DNA of 64,000 bases from Amoebidium appalachense (Eukaryota > Protista > Ichthyosporea). The notes below the pieces were generated by a model that saw only the letters and a list, made by a program, of their open reading frames with translations, ran no database searches and was not told the origin of the DNA. Positions 1 to 14,017 of the stretch are shown here, piece after piece; position 1 is the first letter of the stretch, and each line of letters starts with the position of its first letter. The DNA is taken from NCBI GenBank assembly GCA_963693365.1, contig CAVNZM010000012.1, positions 3,162,001 to 3,226,000 of the forward strand, read 5' to 3'. The position numbers and the translations under genes were made by a program.

Positions 1-2
1 TT

Positions 3-827
3 ACGAGCGCAGCTGGGTATGACGGTTGGGTGGAGGAGCTGGCCCGTCTGGCTCGTGACCATGGCCACTTTGACGGTCTGGTGGAAGAGAATGGGCTCCC
101 CCGGCGTGCTAGGTTGGAGGGGTGGCACAACGAGCTTCAAACCTACACTAATGAGCAGCGCTTGAACTTGAACGAGTCCCTCAGGAAGGTACGAGGAATG
201 TTATAGCAGGACCCAGCCCCTCCCCCCTTTTTTCTCCATTGAGGCCCCCCCCCCCACCCTTCCCCTATCCCCCCTTCCCCCCCCTTCCCCCATCACACAC
301 ACACCCCGTTCTTTATGGGTTTTCTGTTTGAATGTTTTTTTCGTTTTTGGTTTTGGCTTTATTGCTCCTTTGTTTCTCACTTTTTTTTAACTCTACTCAA
401 CTACAACACGCACGACAAACAGGTGCTGCATGTCCCGTTTCCCATCGTTCCACCCTTTTGTACCTTGGCCCCCTTTCCCCCTCCTCCCCCTCCCCCCTTT
501 TTCTACCTTTTTGACACACCCTCCCTTCGTCCGTCCCTCCCCACCCTCTCGTTCCCCTTCCCAAACAACTCCTACCCCACCCAACCCTTACAGCTTCCAA
601 CTTCCACCACTTTATTGACTCATCGATACTTTCTGCACAGGTTTTCGAGCATTTCTTGAACACACAGACGGAGGATGAGCCAGACGTTGTTCGGAGAATT
701 CGACAGCTGTCTTGGTCTGAGATTCTGAGGCAGCTGGAGGCTTCTGCCCCCGAGGAACACAACGGGGGGTCTTTCATACCCGACCACTACCAGCTGGGTT
801 GCATCGTCAAGGTTATCCTCGACAAAC
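3..827 (+). CDS. Partial spliced hypothetical protein (exons <3-188, 641-827; entered from upstream of the window, continuation unclear)
   Basis: Open frame ...DGWVEELARLARDHGHFDGLVEENGLPRRARLEGWHNELQTYTNEQRLNLNESLRK ends at AAG|gtacga (188/189). It resumes in phase 0 after ttctgcacag| at 641 (VFEHFLNTQTEDEPDVVRRIRQLSWSEILRQLE...KVILDK) and ends at a gtaagt donor at 828. No recognisable domain. Confidence 0.55.
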
Positions 828-1063
828 GTAAGTAACTGCTGTTCTATCTGCAAATGCTTACCAGGTCCGACAGCCACGGTGTTTACATCAAAAGGAGTTG
901 TTTTCAAAATCTATATGGGAGAGAAAAGGGGGGAGGGGAACGGGCTGGGCAGGCATTGAGGGGGGTGTCGGGGGGGGGGGGGGGGGGGGGGGATCTTGAG
1001 GGGGGGGGGGGGGTTTCCTTTTTTTTTTTTTTGTGTGTTTTTGGTGTGTGTGTTTGTGTGTGT

Positions 1064-1106
<43 letters not shown>

Positions 1107-1181
1107 GGGGGAATACCTATGTCACGGTGTCGAGGTTGCCATGTTTGCTGAGTGGCTTTATTTTGGAGAAGAAATACGGGG

Positions 1182-1212
<31 letters not shown>

Positions 1213-1720
1213 TTGGTTTGTAAGTTTATGTGTGTGTGCAATTGATGGGGAGAGGGGTATGGAGTTTTGGTGGCTGGAAGATGGAGAGAGGATAGAGAGA
1301 AGAGAGGCTAGAGAAAGCTCGCGCGCGCGTGTGTGTGTATGTCGTATGTATGGCTCACATTCTGATCCATTTCTGTTACCGTTATCCTGTGTGACTGTTG
1401 CTTTTGTCTCCCCCCCCCCCCCCCCCCCATCTCCTCCTTCCCCCCTCCTCCCCTCCCCCCTCCCTCCCTCCCCTCCCCTCCCCTCCCCTCCCCTCCCCTC
1501 CCCACCCAACACACACACACACACACACACTCACACTCACACTCACACTCACGCTGCACACTGCACACTGCACACAACACACACAGAATCCCCACTCAAG
1601 TGCTTTCTTTGCATTTCCCTTCGTTGAATGCTTGTTTCTTAAACAACTACTTAGGTCTTGCTCAATGACAGCGTGACACCACAGACTGCATAATTCACAC
1701 CCACATGCATGCACACACAG

Positions 1721-2190
1721 AGTCACTTCTAACAGTGTGCCCATACAGAAAAAGGAGGGCGGCCAATACACCGATGTCGCAGCTAGAACGTGCCTTCTTA
1801 ATGCCGTGCATGAATACAATGATCTGCTTCGCAAACACCCCAGCAAGTCCAAAGAGGGTGCCATCTGCCCAGACGATGCCCCTTTCCTTGAAGTCCAGTT
1901 CGTTAAGACTGTGAAGGACTCGTTCATCAAGCCGGGCAGGGCTAAGAAGCACGAGGCTGCTGAGGACCCCAAGACCCCCCTCGACATATTTGCCTCCTCC
2001 GTTGACTCCCACGTCCGTTTCTATACTGGCCAGGTCCTCCCCCCCCCCCCCCCCTGTTAACACCCCCCCCCCCCCCCCCCCCCTTTTCCCCAAACATCTC
2101 CTCCTCCTCCTCCTCCTCCTGTCGTCTTTATTTTTGATGTCCCCTGCCTCCCCCCCCCCCCCCCCTCCCCCCCCCCCCCCCCCCACCTAC

Positions 2191-2274
<84 letters not shown>

Positions 2275-3042
2275 CACACACAAACACACACTATACCCAC
2301 TCAAATGGTGTCTATCCCTTGCTTTTCGTTGAATGCTAACACGGGTTTCCTTCGCTTTCCCCTCATTGAGTGCTAACACTTAACCCCCCCCCCCCCCCCA
2401 ACACTTAACCCCCCCCCCCCCCCCCCCTCTCCAAAAAAAAAAACAAAAAAAAACACCCACCCACCCACCCACCCACCCAACCCTTGAGAATGTGCACTGC
2501 TCAATTCACACGGCACACACACACACCAGATCTATAAGTGGAGGATGGCCCCCGTCGGCACTACTAAGAGCGAGAAAGTGGCTGAGAGCACCCTTGGGTC
2601 GTCAGCCGCTGCTGGTACCAAGACAACTGGCATCACGTTATTGGACATGGACAACGCGCGCATGGATCGCTTCGGTGAAGTAATCAGAGAGGGATTGAGT
2701 TCTATGGGTGAACAAATGTCGGCTTTCGGTACGGAGGTTCGTGAGGCACTGACAGATGCCAGCGGTGAGATGTCCCGCGCCATTGGCTCCTCGGCACTTA
2801 CCATTGGCCTGCTCACCCTCTACGGCAGGCAGCAAATGCAGGGCAGAGACGCACAGCAATATCTTCTTTTTTTCGGCGTCAGCATGCCCAAGGACGGCGC
2901 AGACACGAAAAAGCAGGCAGCACAGGCCACCCCAACCCACAGTAAGACACGTGCATCGAGCGGCAGCGGATTGGGTGTTCCCCCCACCCCCTTTTCAGCA
3001 ACCGGGGCGCAGGGTGTGCAGCGCGGAGACGGGGGCCTGTGA
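1721..3042 (+). CDS. Spliced hypothetical protein, 3' part (exons ~1721-2033 and ~2530-3042)
   Basis: Non-repetitive frame ...VPIQKKEGGQYTDVAARTCLL...HVRFYTGQ| joins in phase 0 across a C/(CA)n intron to caccag|IYKWRMAPVGTTKSEK...RGDGGL*. Could be the same gene as 3-827 if an intermediate exon exists (phases 1 and 2 do not join directly). Function unknown. Confidence 0.55.
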
Positions 3043-3054
3043 GAAACACACACA

Positions 3055-3099
<45 letters not shown>

Positions 3100-3845
3100 C
3101 CTCTCAGTCATTGACTTACCCACAACATGGTAATGCCGACATGATGTGGAAACTACTAGGTATTGGGAGATAATTGGTTGGTTGAATATTTGTTTGGTAT
3201 TCGTTTTCACTATATATTCTCATTTAATTTTGTCGCATTTTAGGTCTGCATGGAAACTAAACCAATTTTTGTGGTCGGAATAGCTGTGCAAACATTATCA
3301 TTCGTTGATTTTCAATCATCTCCTTTGCTACGGTGCACTGATTACGTGCTATGGGCGTGTGCGGCGAGTCGCTACATATTTAGAGAGAGTCCGTAGACTT
3401 ATGCATATGGACCTTCTTCTTTTCTTTTTTCTGCAAAGGCCCAAATGCCGCTCTTTACGTGATTGGCCGATGCTATGTACTGTGTATACCCAAGGATCGA
3501 GTATTATACAGCTGTGATCCATTGTACTACTGATATGCATGTCTGGATCAGAAGGCAATATATATGGAAATTGTCAAGTACCGTCCGGTGTCTGATCATG
3601 AAGTCAACAGATTGAGCCCCCCCCCCCCCCTTCCCCCCGGGGGGGCCCCATTCGCAAACAAATCTGGCACACACAAAGACACACACACACACACACACGT
3701 GATTAATTGCGGGTGCACATGGATGAATGGCGGAACAGCGGTGGGTGCCATTGCCTAACGGGAAAATGCTGGGTGAGGGCAGGTGGGCGCCGGGCGTGTG
3801 TGTGTGTGTGTGTGTGTGCTGGGTCTGTGTGCACGTATGTGTGCA

Positions 3846-3886
<41 letters not shown>

Positions 3887-3895
3887 GGTCTGTGT

Positions 3896-3977
<82 letters not shown>

Positions 3978-3988
3978 GGTCTGTGTGC

Positions 3989-4069
<81 letters not shown>

Positions 4070-4099
4070 TGTGTGTGTGTAGGTAGGTCTGTAGGTAGG

Positions 4100-4427
4100 T
4101 CTGTAGGTAGCTATATCTAAGTAAAGCAGTGATGTCTTTTAGATGTTGTATAGGATGGAAAGTGATTTCTGCCTGCATTGCGCTCATTATTAAAAAACGT
4201 GTGGGAACCTCAAACCCGTCAAAAACCACAGTCCCACCAAACTCTTCAGACACCCAAGCGGCCCTAGCTATGGAAACCAAGGCCTGAGAGTTCTGTAAAG
4301 CCATGTTATAGCCGGCATTTACCAGAGCCGTAACAAACCCTTCCAACAACAGCAAACATGATTGAGCAGCTGATGTTATAAACAGCATGTACAGCTTTAC
4401 AAGCTCTTCTTCTGAGGGTGGCCACAT
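4100..4427 (-). CDS. Possible exon of a hypothetical protein or degraded transposase
   Basis: About 110 non-repetitive open codons (MWPPSEEELVKLYMLF...EEFGGTVVFDGFEVPTRFL...). Only faint resemblance to DDE_4/Harbinger motifs; no convincing splice chain. Confidence 0.25.
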
Positions 4428-5285
4428 TTTCTACTAATTTCTCGCCCACTTCGAAAGATGCTGAGAAAAAAACTGAAAAAACTGAGGCAAAAGAAAAGCT
4501 GAAAATAGAAAAAACGTTCCCGAAAATGTGACAGGCCCGGCTGGGTCGCCGAGCTTGACCGGCCCGTGGCTCACGCATCTGTCCTGCCGACAGGCTGGGC
4601 GGAGGCGCCGCCGGGCCCATCGACATCTGGCCCGGGCAGCGGGCTGATCACACAGGTCCACTACACAGCTTCCGGAACCGGCCCACAGCGCACCAAGGAT
4701 GCGACCGGGAGCCCGCTGTAGGTCACCGCGGCCGTCTAGGAAACATCAGAAAGAGATTGATTACCACGCCCTTGAAAGACCATTGTGCTATGCATATGGC
4801 CTGTAGTAAACCACTATGACTCCCACTACACCCCACTGTAAGCCTTTTTGCTATCTGCTTATCGGCTTGCGCTACGCGGCCTGCGCCGCGGATCCGGCGA
4901 ACCGGACAACAACCAAACACAAGCCTTGCCTCCTTGTGTAGGATTCAGGATAGATAAGGAGGCCTTGACAACAACCGGGCCTCCACCTGGGGAGCCTCAG
5001 GAGCCAGGTGGCCTCGCTCACTCTGAAGGCTGTGCTCAGGCCACACTACTACTGATTTCTTTTCTTACCTCACTGAGGCCGCTGTGTGCAAATGTGCGAT
5101 ATTGCATATGCATGACCTGTATGTATGTACATTTATCCCAAAAAAAAATTGAAACATGCTGGTTGTAGAAACTGCTGGTATACGGCTACATTTTGGGCCG
5201 CTGGGGTGCACTTGGGATGGGGATGGGGTTTTGGTATATGTGTGTTGATTGTGTGTGTGTGTTCACGTGTGTGTTTGGGGTTGAG

Positions 5286-5316
<31 letters not shown>

Positions 5317-5319
5317 TTT

Positions 5320-5351
<32 letters not shown>

Positions 5352-6625
5352 TCGAGGACCAAGTTGCAAGTTGCAATGCGATCCGATGACTGAGTCGCTT
5401 CGCGTAAATCTAAATATCTACATACATGTCTAGATTGGGAAATTTACGTATAAACCTTCCGCAATCCGATCGATTTGTTAACGTTTTAAAGTTGCATAAA
5501 ATCTAGATTGACTGCGATCCTCTTCCAGATGGACGCATCTGGAAGAAGGGGGGGGGGGGTCTTCTGGATGTCTGGGATGAGACGATTGGTCCTTGGAGCC
5601 CGACTAACGACCAATCGCCGACTAAGCTCCGACTAAATATCTCTGATCCAGTAGAATTGCGATCTACATTCTAGCTAATTCAGTTTCTAACCGAATCGAG
5701 CAGGCTTTTAGATATTTAGAGAACGACATTGGTTCTCTGAATTCGCCGAGTATTTAGATATTTAGACTCACGCAAAGCGACTCACTGTCAATATTTGTGA
5801 TATTCCGAGCTCCAATATGATTGGTTCTTGGAATTGTGTAAACAATTGGTGTCTTTGCTACATTTGATTGGTGGCTGGAACTTTTGTCGGTATTTTGATT
5901 GGTTGCTGAAGACACCTTATTCCAGGGAGCTAAAGCCCCGAAAACTTTACTTTTCGCACATGTTGAAAATTTTCTGAGGAAGTTTTTCATTTTCATCTAG
6001 ATTCTACATGACTTCTAAAACTTTTTTTTTGTGTGTGTGTGTCAATTAAATTAAAAAAACACAATAAGATAAATGGCGACATTCGGATTAACTGGACCAT
6101 ACTGCTCTGTGTAATATAAAAACCCATCAATATAAACCAGCTGAGCTCAGAGGGTTTTGAGTAGAACAAAAACTCAGAAAAATGAATCGCAGAACCCCAC
6201 GGCTATTAGTCTAGCAAGTTTTACCCGCAGGCCGCAGGTTCACTGTTAGCCAATCGCATTTGGTGTCCTAGCCTGGTAATCCAACCACCACTCACGTCGT
6301 GAACTTCCAGGCCGCACTCCTATAAAAAGCACCACAAAGCAAGTCACTTTTCCATCCACCACACTGTAAATAAGCTGTGAACACGTTTTGTGCTCGGTTC
6401 TTTTTTTTCTTGTAAGTAGCCAGCTTTACAGCTCTTCGAAGGACCGTGAAACGTCCGTCGAATTTGGTGTCCAGGTTGAAATAGATCCCAGAAAATAGCC
6501 ACACGCATCTCTCAAAGTTTGCCTCGAAGACACAAAACACCATCATTACACTCTGTAGCTTGATTGTGCCCGGTTATTAATTGTTTTACACAAGAAAAAA
6601 GGGGAACTCTCAACTCGCAGCAACC

Positions 6626-9288
6626 ATGAAGGCAGCGGGGCTAACATGTGGCCTGAGCCTTTCCCTTTTGGGTCTCAGTGCCGCCCAGCAAAACGGGCAG
6701 GCTATGCCTGTAGCCAACAGCCAACCGGCAAACGATGGTAACAATAGTGAGGTGGGTGCACTCAGTGAAAACCAGTAGAACTAAGATAACAGCTTCCTTT
6801 TTGTTTTAGGAGTGTCTACTTGCTGATAAGTATCCGTGTTTGCTTTGTTCGGAATCGCCTGGTGATGGCTGTTTTATGCACCTCCTTCTGTGCATGCCTC
6901 ATGCCTTTGTTTGCCTATTGCAGTGGTACGACCTGATTGCCACTCACTTTCACTGGGCAGAAAAGTGCACGAAGCACAGCTTCCCCTATGGAAATACCCT
7001 CTTTGCCCTTTTAGCTTCGATGGAACCACTCCCTCAACCTCTCACTAACAAGCTTCTTTCTCCTCCCCACAGAGCCCAATCATCTGGGTGGACAATCTCA
7101 ACAACGTCGACAAGGTATCCAACGACCTTCTGAATGTACCAGTCGGTGTTGTTGATTTCCCAGACGACCCGGTGGCTCCTGCTGCCCCAACCGCACCCGT
7201 TCAGCCGGGTACCGTCGCACCTGCGGCACAGCCGGCCGAAAGCTCCGAGCAGTTGGTCGATCAGCCGGAGAAGATCTTCAGGAAAGTGCTTAAGGATGTC
7301 GCCTCCCTGACCAACCAGCTTGAGAATTTCCTCTCGCTCGAGCTGTTTTACAGTGATCTTCAGGCGGTAGACGCGATGAAGTTCCGTGTGCAGATGCTCA
7401 AGCAGACGGCGTTGAAACTGCGCGACGGGCGCACTAAGGAGCAGGAGATGGATTTCCTGTGCGAGATGATGGGCATCGTCAACACCGTCCAGGAATATTA
7501 CTACAGGCACGACCACGAGGCTCTCTCTGGTCCCAACATCCCCCAGTGGACGCCTCCCGAGATTCCAAAGGATTTTGACGTCAAATACTACTCGGGTGAC
7601 TGGTACAAGGTGTGTGTTCTGCTATTCTTGCACAGTGATATTCCTTGCTTTAGCCAGACACCCTCCCCACCCCCCCCCCCCCCCCCCCCCCCCCCAACCA
7701 CCACCACCACCCCGCAAAGCTATCCATGTTTGCATGTTCCTTAATGTGTGTCATGCGGTGTCCAGTATTCCCACACACTGCGCTGCGAAACACCGACTAA
7801 GTGCACTCACTCCCCCACTCGACCTCCCCTCCCCCCTTCCCCGCCAAACCCCCCCGTCTCCCTTCCTTTTTTATTTGTGGATTTCTGGTTTTGGTTTCGT
7901 TTTTTTGACGTTTTGTGTTCTGCCTTTTTATTTCTCCTCCCTAATAATTCGAACCCGGATGTACCCGTCCCCCCCCCCCCCCCCCCCCCCCCCCACCACC
8001 ACCACCACCACCACCCGTAACCCAAACCCCATCCTGTACCCTTGTCCTTCATGCGTTCCCTACCCCTCCCCCGGCCCTTCTAACACACCCTCCCTTCAGG
8101 TTGCCAGCAGCTACGTGTCATGGCGCATGCACGCCAGTGATGAACGTTGCACCATCGACACCTATGCCCAACTCCTTAACGGTACCATCGAGTACATCAG
8201 CGCTAGCGCATTCCCAGTCGCACCCGTTGTTGGTAGCATTGGTATGTACAAGCCCGGAAAGTTCCAGATCAACTACAGCCCCTACCCGAGCGCGCGCATG
8301 TGCCTCCCCCACCTCCCGCTGGGTGCTCGCCACCGGCCCCGTGACCAACAACCAATACGAATGGGCGCTTTTGAGCGACCCGTTCAAGCTCACGCCGTCC
8401 GTTCTCGTTCGCAACCCGGACAAGTTCTTCCAGTCCCAGTTTCAGGTGGTTGCGGACCTGCTCGAAAAGCAAGGTTTCACCCACCCTCTCAACATGCCAA
8501 TTAACGTCGATCAGGAGGATATGTGCACCAAGGTATTGAACGATAACGAAGAGATTGTCGGTAAACAACTCCAGCAGCAGCAACAACAGGGACAACAGCA
8601 ACCCACCGCACAAGCTGCACCCGCCACCCCCCCTCCCCAACAACCCCAGCCCGCGCCCGCCGTTAACCCTTTCCCAAATCTCGCCGCCACCCCATCCGCC
8701 TCCGCGGCACCTCCCGCAAACGACGCCGTCAATCTGTTCCCCAACCTCGCCGCCGCGGCTCCGTCTCAGGCTCAACCCCCTGCATCCCCCTCCCCGTCAG
8801 CGTCGGGGGATGACATTCCCGTTGGTGTCGCCGTTTTGAACAACGCTGCCCCCGCCCCGGCACCGATGTCCAATGATATTCCGGTTGGCGTGACGATTGT
8901 TAACCCCGATATTGCGGCACAGGGTAGCGAGGCAGCGCAAGCAAATGCGGCGGATTCCACTGATGACGAGGATGATAAGAAGAAGAAGATTGTTATCATC
9001 GCTACGTCGGTCGCCGGCGGCATCGCGCTATTGGTCGCTTTGGTCGCCGCCCTATTGGTCATGCGTCGCCGTCGCCGTGTTGCACGGGCCAATGAAAAGC
9101 ACGGGATGAACAACCCCCAGATTCCTTTGATCAACCGCAACAATAATCTGCCCAACGGGTGCGGGTATTGTCTTGAGCCTAACTGCCGTAAGCGGGAGGA
9201 GGACCACGCTACACCAATGGAGAGCAACATGAATCTCCCCGCTGAACTTAAGCCCGTGTACAGACGGGCGCCCGGATCGATGCCGTGA
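6626..9288 (+). CDS. Type I membrane protein with lipocalin ectodomain, paralog A (exons 6626-6751, 7073-7609, 8100-9288; one extra C at ~8306-8310); ~616 aa if corrected
   Basis: Signal peptide MKAAGLTCGLSLSLLGLSAA. Phase-0 GT-AG introns, with a CTAAC branch point before 7073. Lipocalin SCR1 motif DFDVKYYSGDWYK|VAS, later WVLATGP..NQYEWALLSDPFKL..VLVRNP. Then a Q/P/A-rich stalk, TM IVIIATSVAGGIALLVALVAALLVM, RRRRR stop-transfer and a short tail. Confidence 0.85.
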
Positions 9289-9357
9289 ATTTGGGTGTGT
9301 GGGCGCCCGGATCGATGCCGTGAATTATCCGGGCGCCCACACACCCAAATTCACGGC
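9266..9357. repeat. Combined 26-bp direct repeat and 31-bp perfect inverted repeat over the stop codon of paralog A
   Basis: gggcgcccggatcgatgccgtgaatt occurs at 9266-9291 and 9301-9326. Arm 9282-9312 is the exact reverse complement of 9327-9357, with a 14-nt loop. Confidence 0.9.
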
Positions 9358-10078
9358 GTGTGATGTAAATGGTGGTTGGTGGTTGGGTATAGTAGAATGG
9401 GGTTCTGGTTGCGTTGAAAATTGGGATGGGGGTGGATAGATATAATCAAGTTATCTAAATATGGATGAGAGCAGGCGGATGTTTTTGAGTCCTTGGATAA
9501 TATATATATATATATATATGCACATATATGTAGGCGATATGTAATATTTATTGTAACTGCTCATAATTTTCTGCAGAAAATTTCTTTTTTCTAATGTATG
9601 CAAAAAAAAATGTCAAACTTTTGAAAATGCCCTGTCCCACGTGAAGTACCATTTTTTGAAACAAGAACCGTGGCACATGTGATGGCGGGGGTCTGCGCTG
9701 TGCGCAGAATCCGAAAGAAAAATACAGATTAAATTTTATTCCGAAACCATAAAGTACTTGTTCCCCAAATGCCACTCTTTATATGATGTTTTTATGCCAC
9801 ACTGCAGGGAACACAAGCACTAGTACTTGTATACACACGGCAACATTTGATTGTGCACGTGTGGGCACATTCACACACACGCCATTTTTCTTTTCCCACT
9901 TACACACGGCACTTTAAGTGGCCTTGCTTCATCGCTCAGATGCAGTAATTGGGGGTTCTTTTTAGGGTTCCGGGTCGGGTCACATTTTATGCGATGTGAT
10001 TGAGGTGATGTGTATGTGCATTATAACTGGCGAAAGGGCAATAAATTTGATATGAAACTCAGGCTGTAGTGGGTTCAC

Positions 10079-10354
10079 AACTTACTGCATGTAACTAACT
10101 GGGTTGTAGACATAACCAATCAGTGAGAGCCTACCATTTTTGGTTGTATTCTCAACCAATATACTACAGATGCGCAGGTGGTTGAGGCGTGTGGACGGTA
10201 GGATATGAAATTTGCAAACTTACTGCATGTAACTAACTGGGTTGTAGACATAACCAATCAGTGAGAGCCTACCATTTTTGGTTGTATTCTCAACCAATAT
10301 ACTACAGATGCGCAGGTGGTTGAGGCGTGTGGACGGTAGGATATGAAATTTGCA
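10079..10354. repeat. Tandem duplication, two copies of a 138-bp unit
   Basis: aacttactgcatgtaactaactgggttgtagac...ggatatgaaatttgca repeats with period 138 (cttact at 10081 and 10219); copies appear identical by eye. Confidence 0.9.
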
Positions 10355-10374
10355 GTTGGGTGGCTGGTTGGGTT

Positions 10375-10413
<39 letters not shown>

Positions 10414-10415
10414 GC

Positions 10416-10446
<31 letters not shown>

Positions 10447-10504
10447 TGCATGCGTGCGTGCGTGCGTGCGTGCGTGCGTTTATGTATATGTGTCACGGTG
10501 TGTA

Positions 10505-10544
<40 letters not shown>

Positions 10545-11001
10545 TGTGTGTGTGCGTGCGTTTGTGTGTGTGTGTGTGTGTGTGTGTGGTGGTGGTGGTG
10601 GTGGTGGTGGTGGCGGGGGGGGGGAAAGGGGGAGTCGGGGAAGGCGGGGGGAGGGAGGGAGGGGGGGAGGGGGGGGTCAGCTAGATCACGACAAATCAGA
10701 ACAGGCCAAAAAAAAATACTGAAATATTTCAACTCGGATAATTGTTTTGCAAGTTAGATGAGGTTGGGATTAGTCATGAAGATAGTAGGGTCGGGGGGTA
10801 TGTCGGCTGTGGGGGTTTTAATGTAACGTTAGTGTTTATTGGGGGGGGAAAATGGGCTCCGTGAAGGAGGATGTAAGGAGTGCGAGGTAGGACAGGGTGG
10901 AAAGGACGGGAACAGACCGATGACTTAACGAGAATAGAGCTCTGTTATGGGATGGGAGGAGGGGGTGAGGGGGGGTGAAAATGAGCCGGTCGCCGGGGAG
11001 G

Positions 11002-11033
<32 letters not shown>

Positions 11034-11251
11034 GGGGGAGGGAGGGGAGGGGGGGGGGGGGGGGGGGGGGGGATGGCTTCTACATAGTGCCATGGTTTTC
11101 AAATAGAAAAAACTGAGAAGCTAAAACATTGTTGATAAACACTTGATCGCAGGAACACAGGCCCTGGGGGAGGAGGGGGCAGGGGGGGGGGGGTTGCGCA
11201 GCAGGGAGATGATCAAATTTTGCTGGGAAAGAAGGAAAGGAGGGGGGGGAA

Positions 11252-11288
<37 letters not shown>

Positions 11289-11551
11289 CTGGCAGTTGTG
11301 AAATATCAATTGCTGCGGTATGTGTACTGATTTTCCTCAACAAAAAAAAAAGAGGGGGGGGGGGGGGGGGGGGGGGGAGGGGGGGGGCGGAATGGGCCGG
11401 GGCCACGGGGGAAGGGGAGGGGGGGGGGGGGGGGGGGGGGTTGTAGTAAATAACATGCTGTCAGTAGGGATCATATATCAAGGCATGTTTTTTTCCTTAT
11501 CAAGACGCCACATTTGTTTATATTACACCACAGTTCGGCGATTTGACCCCC

Positions 11552-11582
<31 letters not shown>

Positions 11583-11584
11583 AC

Positions 11585-11628
<44 letters not shown>

Positions 11629-12834
11629 CCCCTTCTCCGCTACCATCATGGTGCACTGCCTAACATCCACCTCCCTCCTAACCCTAACACTCCCCTTGCC
11701 CTATTAATAACCAAAAAGACCGATCATTTATGTCCCTCCAATCGATCACAAATTCAAGTTAACCTGCACACCGTCGATCAACCCCCCCCCACCCCCCAAC
11801 CCCCCTCCCCTCCTCCCTCATTGCCGAGAGAGAATTCGAAGACTTGGTAAAAGCTCAGTAAATGTGTGTTAACGCATTATTTTTTATCTTTTGTTTGTTT
11901 GGAGAATTCAGGAAGGCGGGGGAGGGGGGAGGGGGTGGGGGGGGGGGGGGGGGGGGGTGGCTCAAGAATGAGGAATATTTGGGTGGGGCTGGAGATCCTA
12001 GCGAGAGTGAGAATGGAGGGGTGTGAGTTAGGGTGGTGGTGGATGAGGGCGCACGCGCGCACGTGCGTGTGTGTATGTGTGTGTGTATGCATGTGCGTGT
12101 GCGATGTGTGCGCCTGTGTGCCTGTGTGCGTGTTTTTGTGTGTGTGTGTGACACGCGCGCCCACGCCTCTGTATGTAGAGAGCTCGGTGGGGGCGGGGGG
12201 GGGGGGGGGGAGGGGAGGGGGGAGGGGGAGGGGGGAGGGGGGAGGGGAGGGGGAGGTTTAATGTTACGGGGGTCATCTGCAATTTTGAGAAGGGCCAGAT
12301 AATGCGATGAGTAGTTAAAAGGGCCCGGGGCTAAGGGAAGAAGGTGGTTTTTTTTTTTTTTTGGGGGGGGGGGGGGGGGGGTCGAACGGGGGAAGGGCCC
12401 GGGGAGGCCAAGACAGGGGGGAGGGGGGGAGGGGGGGGGCTGTGTGCGATGGAAATGGAATAACCGGAATTTACGTCAGAGCGGAGTGGACGGTATGTAA
12501 ACTTGTATAGGTGTGCGTGGAAAAGTGTTGACCACGATGAAGGCACACGGTGCTATCTACAGTGCCGAAGCCCCCCCCCCCCCCCCCCCCCCCCCTCCCC
12601 CCCCCCCCCCCCCTTCCCCCTCCCCCCACCCCACCCCCAGTCCTGGGGGGGGGGGGGGAGGTTTGGAAGAGAGATTTTTTAAACCTTGAGTTTTCCAGTC
12701 TTAAGGTCTTTTTCCGTATTGCCGCCTTTTGGTGGGTACCGGCCACAAGGAACCCATTAGTCTACTTTCTAAACTTAGCCCAATATACAGACACTGCAAA
12801 ACAATTGGGCATTACTTTCATGAACTTAGACAAA

Positions 12835-12865
<31 letters not shown>

Positions 12866-13112
12866 CTGGTCATATACATTATTGATCTGTGGGGGAGGTA
12901 GGGGGTCAGGTACTGAAATTCTACCTATTAGCGGCTAAGGCTGGTCTGTCATAGTGCAGTGTGAACGGGGTTGAATGGGGGGAAGCTAAGGGAGGGGGAG
13001 GGAAGGGAGGGGGGTGGCGTAGGGGTGCGCGGGGGGTGGGGGGTGGGGGTGGGGATGGTGAAAAACTCGCTGACGGTTGGCTGGAGTTTTTAGGGGGAGG
13101 GGAGGGAGGGAC

Positions 13113-13144
<32 letters not shown>

Positions 13145-13467
13145 ACGGGGCAGGGGCCGGGAAGGGGGGGGGGGGGGGGGGGGGGGAAGGGGGGATGGAG
13201 GGTTGATTTAGGTGCATCCGTCCATATGCATGTTTGTAGGACAAAAGCCTTCCCTAGACGATAATGCTGACTAACAACTGCATAGTGGTGAGTTATGTTT
13301 ATATATGCATGAGAAGCTCAGACAGATTAATATGTAAATCAAATGTGGTTATAGGACCAAAAAAATAAACGATGTCGTCAGGTAAAGCACAGACGTGTTG
13401 AAATGCTTGACGTTACCGTTAAGTGAAATGTGGGTGAAGACTCGCATCACACACGCACACACGCGCG

Positions 13468-13578
<111 letters not shown>

Positions 13579-13908
13579 ACACATACACACCGTGTACACA
13601 CACACACACACAAAAGAAAAACAAAAAAACTAAAACTAAAACAACTACTGATGGTAGTATGGGCTTTCATAAATGCGGCCTATGTCGGTTGCATAACCTA
13701 GTCAAGGCGTCCGCCAATAGGATTTGAGCTGTAGTCAGACAGCCAATTGAATAACACGAAATGAAACTGACATATTTGCCAGTTAGTAGTATTTTGTAGT
13801 ATGTGGTGTGTGTGTGTATGTGCGTGTGTGTGTGTGTATGTGCGTGTGTGTGTGTGTGTGTGGGTGGGGGGGGGGGGGAGGGAGGGGTGAGGGGTGGGTG
13901 GGTGTGGG

Positions 13909-14017
<109 letters not shown>

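Noticed and set aside
3305-4427. Harbinger/PIF-like two-gene element (gene at 1721-3042 convergent with a DDE_4-like frame)
   Set aside because: Only WP.SEEE and DGFEVP hints; no convincing second Asp or Glu motif, TIRs or TAA/TTA target duplication found.
12440-12830. Protein-like fragments (RSGRYVNLYRCAWKS...; EVWKRDFLNLEF...) between homopolymers
   Set aside because: No consistent splice chain or recognisable domain.
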